Assembly: GCA_041736805.1 (NCBI GenBank)
Contig: JBGSSW010000016.1
Location: 130,526 to 194,525 of the forward strand
Direction: 5' to 3'
DNA from: Minisyncoccia bacterium
GTDB taxonomy: Bacteria; Patescibacteriota; Minisyncoccia; Phycocordibacterales; UBA918
Length of the DNA: 64,000 nucleotides
In this document: positions 49,868 through 58,600 of the stretch, in pieces
Numbering within the stretch: the stretch's first letter is position 1
Layout: each line of letters begins with the position of its first letter
The notes under the pieces: generated by a model
Seen by the model: only the letters and a program-made list of their open reading frames with translations
Told to the model about the DNA's origin: nothing
Database searches by the model: none
Made by a program: the position numbers and the translations under genes

Positions 49868-50890
49868 TTACACGTACTTAGAAATTTCCTTAACATGCTC
49901 TACTAATGTCTGAGTGTAACTTGTCTCGTTATCATACCAGGCTAAGACCTTAACCAAGTTGCCTCCGACTACTTTAGTAAAAGATAAATCAGCAATCGAA
50001 CCTACTCTGGAACCAATAATATCAGTTGAAACAATTTCCTCAGCAGTAACTGCAAATAGGTGCTTCCAGCGCGACTCTCCAGCCGCTTTTACTAAAGCTT
50101 GATTAACTTCTTCAACTGTCGTGTTGCGACTAGCAATAAAAGTAACATCGACTATCGAACCAACCGGGACCGGCACCCGCATCGCAATACCATCAAATTT
50201 ATCTTTGAGTTCTGGGTGAGCTAAGGTAGTAGCAATAGCTGCTCCCGTCGTGCTCGGAACAATATTAAGTGCTGCGGCTCTTCCAGCGCGAAAATCTCTC
50301 TTACTTGGGCTATCAACCAGTGCTTGTGAGGCGGTATAGGCATGGACAGTATTTAAAACCGCTTTATCAATTCCTATCGCTTCTTTTAAGATAGCAATTA
50401 ACGGACTAGTGGCATTGGTAGTACAAGAAGCATTAGAAGATACCTGGCAAGTCTTGAGAGCCTCGTGGTTGACTCCCATTAGTACTGTAGCGCCAGTTAT
50501 ACCTACAGCGACCGGATCACCCTTTACCGGGGCAGATATAACGACACGCTTTGCTCCCGCATCTAGGTGTAATTTTGAACCTTCGTAAGTAGCAAAAAAT
50601 CCAGTTGACTCTACTACCACATCAATATTCAAATCTTTCCAAGGCAGTTTATTGGGTTCTCGTTCCTGCGTAAAAGCCACTTTCCTTCCTTGTACCAACA
50701 AAGACCCGTCTTTAATTTCAACCGAGAAAGGGCTTCGTCCGTAGACAGAATCATATTCAAGTAAATAAGCTAAATTTTCTAAATCACCAAGATCATTGAT
50801 AGCTACTACTTCAAATTCAGGAGAACCGTAAGCTAGACGGAAAAAAGTTCTGCCGATGCGACCAAAACCATTAATTGCTACACGAACCAT
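49868..50890 (-). CDS. gap: Glyceraldehyde-3-phosphate dehydrogenase (type I)
   Basis: INGFGRIGR, SNASCTTN and WYDNE. Confidence 0.98.
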   Translation of the reverse strand: MVRVAINGFGRIGRTFFRLAYGSPEFEVVAINDLGDLENLAYLLEYDSVYGRSPFSVEIKDGSLLVQGRKVAFTQEREPNKLPWKDLNIDVVVESTGFFATYEGSKLHLDAGAKRVVISAPVKGDPVAVGITGATVLMGVNHEALKTCQVSSNASCTTNATSPLIAILKEAIGIDKAVLNTVHAYTASQALVDSPSKRDFRAGRAAALNIVPSTTGAAIATTLAHPELKDKFDGIAMRVPVPVGSIVDVTFIASRNTTVEEVNQALVKAAGESRWKHLFAVTAEEIVSTDIIGSRVGSIADLSFTKVVGGNLVKVLAWYDNETSYTQTLVEHVKEISKYV

Positions 50891-50952
50891 AGATACTATT
50901 TAAAACTTATGACTAACTACTAATACTATAACGGTAAAATCAGAAAACGACA

Positions 50953-52527
50953 CTAGGTCTTATCCTCAGCTTCTTTAGAACGCTTCCATAGTAAAAACAA
51001 AATCAAACATAAAGCTAAGAAAATAAGTGAGGAGATAGAATAAATTGGTTGCCACATTCTTACTAATTTGTCCGGAAAAAATACTTCACCCATCGATTCT
51101 TTTGCGGCTATAAAGTTAATTTGTTTTCGATAACGTCCAATTATTTCTCGCTCAAAATCATAAATTTCAATCTGTAATCGCGCCGTTCCCATCACCCTTA
51201 AAGGAGCAATAATAGCCTCATAGGCACTGCGGTCTTTGTTGATGCGCAAAAGAAAAGAATAACTTCTACCAAAATCAGCTGGGTCAGACAAAGTAACGAT
51301 AATTGATTTTAGGTGCTGTGGTAAGGAACCAAACGGAATACTAATAACAAAAGCTTCATTTTCAAGTAAATTAATAACCTCATCATCAAAAGTAAAATTA
51401 TTTCCCCCTTGACTCAAGTTGATATTATTAGCTGAAAAACCAAAATCAGGCACTTCGATAAGTTCTTCTTCAAAGGGGTCTTCTACTCCAGTGCTGGTGG
51501 CTGTAGTGACAAAATCCCCCGTTACTCTTCTAGCTCTCACCACCGCTCCCGATGAAACAGAACCCGTATTGTCAAAAACAAAGACAGTGTAATATTGATT
51601 GTTGTAGTTGGCTAAGGCTCCACTATCAAAATAAGAACTGACCTTCCCTTCATATATTATCGCTCCGTCATTTGGGTCTGTTGGGTAGCCCAGATAACTT
51701 CTGACGATTCTAATCCTAGAATCAACTTCAGAAAAAGGCATTTCCCAACTCAAACTAACGTCACTGCCCGTTACCGTCGCTTGAAGATTTTGTACGTTGG
51801 CTGGATTTAAATTTTCTTTTGCTTTTGTTTTAAACTGACCTTTTTTTAGAGAGACGGCAATTCCACTTGGACCATAACCAATCAATTCATAAAGGTAAAC
51901 GGTTCCTGGTTCTAGTTCATTAATTAGCGTCTGGTGTTTACTATGATAAATATCGTTTAAAATGTAGCCATCATCATAAGAATCGTCTCTTCCCCATCTT
52001 AGTGAAAAACGAGAAGCCATGTTTGTTTGCCAAGTAAAAGTAGCCTCATTAGTATTTGTCTCTATAGCAAAACCGTCTAGTCTTAAAAGTAGTGTTCCAG
52101 AATTGTTTGGCGTCGACGAAGCGGTAGGAGTAACAATAACTGGTACATCGGGAGTTGTAGTTGAAAGCGAATTAGAAGTTGTCGAAATATTGTTATACAA
52201 GTCAAAAGCATAGACTTCGTAGGCATAAGTAGTTGAGGCCAGCAAACCATTATCTAGGTAAGTAGTTAGTGTAGTAGTAGCAATTGGTGCCCCGTCTCTA
52301 AATAATACATAGCCACTAAGTAAAATATTGTCCGTTGAAGCACTCCAAGTAACATCAATTTGAGTTGAAGCTACCGGGATCACTGACAACATAACGGGGG
52401 TAGTTGGCGGAATTAAATCATCTCCCACTAAAGCACTAATAGTAAAATCACTGGTAACCTGAGCCAAGAGTAAATTTGGTAAAAAAAATATGCCAACTAT
52501 AATTATAAATAGAAACTTTTTTCTCAT
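50953..52527 (-). CDS. Secreted fibronectin type III repeat protein with C-terminal TM anchor
   Basis: D..PPTTP...W.ASTDN..GY...RDG...Y.D.GL...TY.Y.V.AFD..N.S; C-terminal hydrophobic helix followed by KRSK. Confidence 0.85.
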   Translation of the reverse strand: MRKKFLFIIIVGIFFLPNLLLAQVTSDFTISALVGDDLIPPTTPVMLSVIPVASTQIDVTWSASTDNILLSGYVLFRDGAPIATTTLTTYLDNGLLASTTYAYEVYAFDLYNNISTTSNSLSTTTPDVPVIVTPTASSTPNNSGTLLLRLDGFAIETNTNEATFTWQTNMASRFSLRWGRDDSYDDGYILNDIYHSKHQTLINELEPGTVYLYELIGYGPSGIAVSLKKGQFKTKAKENLNPANVQNLQATVTGSDVSLSWEMPFSEVDSRIRIVRSYLGYPTDPNDGAIIYEGKVSSYFDSGALANYNNQYYTVFVFDNTGSVSSGAVVRARRVTGDFVTTATSTGVEDPFEEELIEVPDFGFSANNINLSQGGNNFTFDDEVINLLENEAFVISIPFGSLPQHLKSIIVTLSDPADFGRSYSFLLRINKDRSAYEAIIAPLRVMGTARLQIEIYDFEREIIGRYRKQINFIAAKESMGEVFFPDKLVRMWQPIYSISSLIFLALCLILFLLWKRSKEAEDKT

Positions 52528-53291
52528 ATCGGTAAGGCTGTCAAAGTAGTAGTTGCTATGTAAGTTCCTGCGATTACCCCAGCACTAGAACCAACCCCGA
52601 CTCTGAAATTAATTGTGGTAGTAGCACCATTTGGTTGATTAGCACCCCCCTCTGCAATCAGTATCTCTGTGGTGGAAAGACCAGTCCAACAAGCGAGAGT
52701 CGAGTCAAGTGCCCCAACCCCACAAGCAGTTCCGTTATCCTTAAAATAATTTGTAATATCACTCCCTTCTGGTGAAAAGCCAAAATAGGCCGCACTGCTA
52801 GGAGTAATAAAAGTATAATCAGCTGCTGGAGTAGAAGATGCAACATAATCAGCGATGGAATCAGCTCCTTTATTCATCGCCGGAGCTGACTCGGCTTGAA
52901 TGGTCAACTGATAACCACTTGGACTATCAGTCAAAACTGAGACGCTGGTTGAGCCGTTTGAAACTCCCCCAGTTAAACCGCCAATGTTGGGTGTCAGTAA
53001 AACATTAGCCGCGTCAGTCAAACTTAGAAAGACCTCCTGCATCTGCTGGTAACCAGCTCTAAGTTTATAAGTTGCACTATCAGACGGGCCAGTAGCAATT
53101 TCTCCTGCTGTACTTTCTAGGCTGTAATTAGTTGAGGTGGAAAGCCCGCCGGCAAAATTAACACTGTCGCTTTGTAATTGATAACTAGGACTAGTTCTAA
53201 CTTGCGCATTTGCAACTGACAATAATACCAGAACAATGGTGGTTAGAACTGAAGCTTGAAAGAAGATTTTAAATAAAGAACTGAAGCACAT
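52524..53291 (-). CDS. Secreted WxL-like protein
   Basis: Signal peptide; T.S.SGY.LTI motif; C-terminal AGTYIATTTLTA resembling the WxL G.Y.ATLT.TL end. Confidence 0.7.
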   Translation of the reverse strand: MCFSSLFKIFFQASVLTTIVLVLLSVANAQVRTSPSYQLQSDSVNFAGGLSTSTNYSLESTAGEIATGPSDSATYKLRAGYQQMQEVFLSLTDAANVLLTPNIGGLTGGVSNGSTSVSVLTDSPSGYQLTIQAESAPAMNKGADSIADYVASSTPAADYTFITPSSAAYFGFSPEGSDITNYFKDNGTACGVGALDSTLACWTGLSTTEILIAEGGANQPNGATTTINFRVGVGSSAGVIAGTYIATTTLTALPI

Positions 53292-53294
53292 ATT

Positions 53295-54383
53295 TTAACC
53301 ACGACGTTTAAATTCAAACGTGCGGAAGAAAAATCTAATACCAAACAAAACAACAAATAAAATTAAAAATGCCCCACCGACTATTCTCCAAGGTAACACC
53401 CAGAAAGTTATGGTTTTTTCATCAACAATGTCATCGTAACCACGGTTGATAGAAACAGTTGCTGTGTAGCGTCCTAGTAAAATCTCCCGACTCCAGCTCA
53501 CCTCACGTGTGCGCAGAGATTTAGGCAAAGAGAACCAAGGCTCTAGTTCCAAAAAGCCAACTTCTTCATTAAAAATATTTCTAATTCGCAGTTCGCCATA
53601 GGGATTTAGATGGACTGAACCAGTGTTCTCGTAGAGAATAGCAAAGTCTATCGGACCTTTTTCATACCAGAGTTTTTTATTCACAACAGTAAAATCTTTT
53701 ACTTCTCCGCCTTTTTGTATCTCACCCGGTACAGTTATGAAAAATAAAGTCCCAATACGAGCAATTATAGGTGAGCGTGTGACAATTCCTTCGTCTTCAT
53801 CTTCATTAATCCTGAGGGTTGAAGTTAAAATACTTCCATAGTAACCACCCGGCTCAGCATCTTTTGGAATACTTATGGTTACAGGAATCCTAGCTCTTTC
53901 ACCTAAGTTTAAATCAAAAGTATTGCTAGGAAATGAAATATAATCTTTTATACTATAAGGCCCTCGTTCATCACCGAGTAAGATAGCTGCTCTACTACCA
54001 TCAGTGGATCCGGCAATGTCTTCAACCACTAGCTCAAATCTTCTACCGTCACTAATCCGATTAGCGACTGAAATTTCGTAAACAACGGTTTGTCCAGGCT
54101 TAATTTCTAACTCAGCTCTACCTGGACCAACTACAAAATCTCCCTGGTTTACAACTCCAGACAATTGCTCTACCTTAAACCAAGATCTATCATTGGCCAC
54201 TAACCTAGGAGTGGTTGTAGTAGCAGGTATAATGTCATTAACTAAAACAAGCTCCTCATTATCTATAATGGTCTCAGAGTTAGTCTGCGCCATTACTGCT
54301 CGGCTCCCTAATATCAATAAATAAGCAAGGACGAGAATGAAGAAAGCAAATTTTTTAACACCAAGCCGCGTAGTCATAATCAT
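53295..54383 (-). CDS. DUF916/WxL-interacting-protein-like surface protein with C-terminal TM
   Basis: V.ISIP.DAEPGGYYGSI, RIGTLFF.TVPG, ENTGSVHL.P and FWVLPW, then TM and KRRG. Confidence 0.78.
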   Translation of the reverse strand: MIMTTRLGVKKFAFFILVLAYLLILGSRAVMAQTNSETIIDNEELVLVNDIIPATTTTPRLVANDRSWFKVEQLSGVVNQGDFVVGPGRAELEIKPGQTVVYEISVANRISDGRRFELVVEDIAGSTDGSRAAILLGDERGPYSIKDYISFPSNTFDLNLGERARIPVTISIPKDAEPGGYYGSILTSTLRINEDEDEGIVTRSPIIARIGTLFFITVPGEIQKGGEVKDFTVVNKKLWYEKGPIDFAILYENTGSVHLNPYGELRIRNIFNEEVGFLELEPWFSLPKSLRTREVSWSREILLGRYTATVSINRGYDDIVDEKTITFWVLPWRIVGGAFLILFVVLFGIRFFFRTFEFKRRG

Positions 54384-54398
54384 CAGACTACAATACCT

Positions 54399-55106
54399 CT
54401 ATTGAGGAGCGACAGTCAAGGTTGCAGTAGCTATATATGTATCCGCCACTAGTCCCGGAGATGGATTATTTGGAACATGAACACGGAAATGCAGCGTTGA
54501 AGTTGCACCATTTACAGCCGAATTAGTTCTATTGATTAATTGAAAGTTTGACAGAGTTGGTTCCATCCAACAAAGATCATATGAAGCCCGAGATCCGGCC
54601 GGAGTATTACAAACCGTCGCCCCATCAGAAAGGAATGAATCGTCTAAGTCAGCGGTAACATTTGCTGTAACAGTGTAAGCAAAAACAGCGGCTGTACTAG
54701 CGGTTGAGAATAAGTAGGTTGGTTGTCCACCTGTACTAGGATAATCGCGAATTGATTCACTGGCTGTATTGCGACCCAACATAGCATTAGGAGTAGTGTT
54801 TGTGGCGTAGGCAATTGTCATTGTGTAGCCTGTAGGACTGTTGGTTTGCACTACCACTGTAGTAGAACCATTACCCTGTCCACCCGTGATACCGTTTATA
54901 CTACCTTGAAGGGTTGTATTTAAAGCGTCCACAATAAACGATGTCTCGCCAGTGATAACTTGAGAAATAGTGAAAGGACCACTAGTATCTTGCGCTCTAC
55001 CAACCTGCGGTTCAAGAAAGAAATACCCGGCGGCTAAAATGGCGAGGACGACAGCTGAAGCTACAAGGGCTTGGGTGGCTGAAATTAAATAATATTTTGT
55101 GTTCAT
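54399..55106 (-). CDS. Secreted WxL-like protein (first gene of the cluster)
   Basis: Paralogue of 52524-53291 (GITGG..NGST.V.V.TNSPTGY.MTI; C..CW; DTYIATATLT). Confidence 0.7.
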   Translation of the reverse strand: MNTKYYLISATQALVASAVVLAILAAGYFFLEPQVGRAQDTSGPFTISQVITGETSFIVDALNTTLQGSINGITGGQGNGSTTVVVQTNSPTGYTMTIAYATNTTPNAMLGRNTASESIRDYPSTGGQPTYLFSTASTAAVFAYTVTANVTADLDDSFLSDGATVCNTPAGSRASYDLCWMEPTLSNFQLINRTNSAVNGATSTLHFRVHVPNNPSPGLVADTYIATATLTVAPQ

Positions 55107-55189
55107 ACATTTATAATTTGTTTAATACCATAATTTTAGCAAAGAATTGCTTTAATTGTTGGTTGAATTGATACTTTTGTGTATAACTT

Positions 55190-55646
55190 AAGGAGAAATA
55201 AGGAGGGACGAAGTCCCGACTATATTTTCCTTGACCTATTTTTTAAGGAGTGAAGCGACTATAAAAATGTAAGGTGAATTGCGGAGCAAGACAAGGTGAA
55301 TCATTGTCAATGAGAGAGGGTCCCCTGGGGGAGAAAATACCCTGGGGTGGAAATACTCTTGTGGTGATGCAGGCACTTAGCTGAGCCGCGACCTAATTTT
55401 TAATGACTGGAAGGAGTATAAAAATGTAAATACTCTTTGTGGTGGACCCCAAAGGGAGCGGTCAGCTGTAGCGAGCTGCCAAGGAGAAACGAAGTCCCGA
55501 CTATATTTTCCTTTGTCCAGTGATTTTCTCAGGGAAAGAAAAGATCAGGACATAATTAAAACATACACAAATTATTTTGAGCGTCCGCGGGGATTAAAGG
55601 CTTCACACGTTCAGCCTGCATCGGAGCGTGTGAAAAATAAGTTGTG
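55190..55646. repeat. Mosaic non-coding region of direct repeats and hairpins
   Basis: ACGAAGTCCCGACTATATTTTCCTT at 55208-55232 and 55489-55513; TATAAAAATGTAA twice; AAATACTCT(T)TGTGGTG twice; branched stem at 55566-55646. Confidence 0.7.
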
Positions 55647-55681
55647 AGGCAGAAGGTGGCCCATGCTCCACTTAGCTCCCC

Positions 55682-58600
55682 CTATATCCCTCCTCCACCG
55701 CCACTACCTCCTCCCCCAGCTTGGTGATAAACTCTTACTTCTAGAGCATCCAGACGAACTGTGTTTGAAGCTGGTTGTGCCGCCACTCGTAAGATGAAAT
55801 TTCCTGAAGAGAATTCACCCGCACTCCAACTTCTACCCCAAGTATCAGCGACTCCCCCAACGGTATAAACTACATCTGAGCCAGAAAGAGTTGGTGTCGC
55901 CTTGGCTGTTGTGTATGAATTTCCATTATCCCATGAGATAGAGACGTCTATCGTACCGTCAGCAGTAGTGCCAGAAGCATCCAACTTGACTGCGATACCT
56001 TGAATCGTGTTGCTGCCCGGAATTCCAAAACTAAAGCCCGTATAACTCTGCTTTAAGGCAGTGCTAGCGGCAGTAGCGTAAACCCCATCAGAGACCAAGG
56101 CATTTCCACCATTGGTCCACTCATTGTCTGGACTACCGGTTGTGGTTGGTCGGAAGTAGTTGGCATCAGCGCTGATATTCTGGCCGTCTGCACCCTGACC
56201 AGCCCCTCCTCCTCCTCCTCCACCACCGCCGCCTGAGACAATCCCATCCCCCGGTGGCGCATCATCTCCCACTCTAGCACTACTACCGCCACCACCACTG
56301 TTGTGTCTATTGTGCTGAATCGAAGAGACACTGTTAATAATATATGGAGAATAGTTTGAGGTAGCTCCCAAAGCCGTGACTCCAATTGAAGCTAATTTAA
56401 ACACTACTGAGGCCCTATTACTAATAGTGCTAGTGTCTCCCGTCATAATGTAGTTGGCAGAGGTAGAAGCCAAGAAATCACTACTGAAGGTTACGGCACC
56501 ATTTTGACCATTGATAGTGAGGATGCCAGAACCATCGAGCAAGATGTCACCGCCATCTAGAGTTCTGTTACTGTTGGTATCACGGTAGAGTTTGAAATCA
56601 CTAATATTTGAACTATCAACTTGCTGTATTCCAGCTAAGGTAATAACTAAGTCTGTGACAGTGGTATTTTCACCCACCGCTTCTAAGTTGAAAGCGAAGA
56701 ATGTTTCATCATCTTTATTTTGAAGACTAAATTCATTACTAACTTGACCTGAAGCATGGTTGGTGGCCAGCAAGCTGCCAGTAATCCTAATCGTCTTATC
56801 ATCAGTGGCGGCCGGAGTACCTATACTATTACCATCAGTATGTAAGGAGAAGGTACTAGTAGTCGTACTGACCGAAGCAAAACTCCCGACCGCAATCCCA
56901 CCAATGGTGAGAGTATCGGAGGCGGCGAAGTTGGTAGTGACATCTATCACCAGAGTCGCTCCGCCATCGGCGTAAGACACCGTGCTATTGACCTTGCCGG
57001 AGGCACTACCGCCAAAAGTGAGACTAGTGGTGTTGGTGTTGAAACGGAAGTTGGTCGTGGTAGTGGCGATGGTGAGACGGATGTCATTGGCAGCGGTGAT
57101 GGTTGGGGTGGCTGGTTCCGTGATGGTGATGGTGCCGATAGTGGTGGTGGCTTCCCCAGTATAGAAGTGAAGGTTTTCAACTGAAGAGATGGTTGCTACT
57201 TCACCCCCTTCGACGAAAGACCAGTTGGTGTTACCAGTGCCATCAATACAACCAGTCCCGCAAGAGACGGTGGTGACATTGATATTGTTTGAATCCTTCA
57301 CGTCTAAGTATGAAAGAGTACGAGTGCCTTGTGGGTCAAGCTTCCACTGTGTCCCGCTGGCACTAGAGCGCAGGGCGTGGGTGGTAGAGGCGTTCACTCC
57401 CGAGAAGGTGAGGTTACCAGTGATGGTATAGAGCGCTCCCGCTTCAAAGGTAGTGGTGGCGTGATTGGTGGCCACCTTAGCTAGATTATTGAAGGTAGTA
57501 GTACCAGAGAGGGTTTGATTGAGACCCGAGAGAATCACTGTCCCACTATTGGCAGCGAAGTAACTGCGGTTAGTGAAATTACCAGCTACCGAAAGAATTG
57601 TTGGTGCGGTGACAGTGGCTGATGAAGTGGCGATGGTGAGGTTGGTAGTCGAGGCGTTGTTGGCGAAAGTCTTGGCTCCGGTTTCGGAGAACTTGACGTC
57701 ACGCAAGGCGCTCGCTCCCGTGAGGTTACCCGCCAGAGTCTGGTCGCTCGCGCCCGTAAGCCACAAGCTAGTATCGGCGGTGGTCATGACGCGGTTGGTG
57801 CCACTAGATGAGACAGCGACGTAGAGACCATTACCATAGGTGATGGAGCGCCAGAGGTTAGATTCGGAGGCCGAGCGCGCGGTCCAAGTGCTGCCGTCCG
57901 GTGAGGTCATGACCTGGTTGGTGCCGTCATATGAGACAGCCACATAGAGACCATTGCCATAGGTGACAGACCACCAGGAGTTGGCTTGCGCGGCACTGCG
58001 AGCGGTCCAAGTGATACCATCTGGTGAAGTCATGACCCGGTTGGTACCGCCGATTGCTACCGCCACAAAGAGACCATTGCCGTAGGTGACGGAACGCCAG
58101 GTGTTGGCTTCGGCGGCCGAGCGCGCGGTCCAAGTGATGCCGTCAGGAGAAGTCATGGCGCGGTTGGTGCCGTCTCCTGAGACCGCGACGAAGAGACCAT
58201 TACCGTAGGTGACAGAGAACCAGTAGTTGGCTTCAGAGGCAGAGCGAGCGGTCCAATTTCCTCCAGCCATGGTAATCGTGTCATCATTTTGATAATTAGC
58301 TGACAGGTTGAGGCTTTCAGTAGCAATAAATTTTCCTCGCTTGTTAATAAAATTAGCGGTAGAAGTAGAGGTAGTGCCGGTAACGGTATATAAAATATCC
58401 GCATCATCACTACTGTCGTAAAAAGCGAAATTGGAGAAATTAACTTCGCTACTTGTGCTAGCTCCATAGCTTATAAGGTAGTTGTAGTATAGAGGAACAT
58501 TGACCAAGCCTGGAAAACTAGTCACAAAGCCAGAGACGATTGTAGTAGTGTCATTGGCATCACCATCTAACCAAATAGAGACAGGGGTACCACTGGTAGC

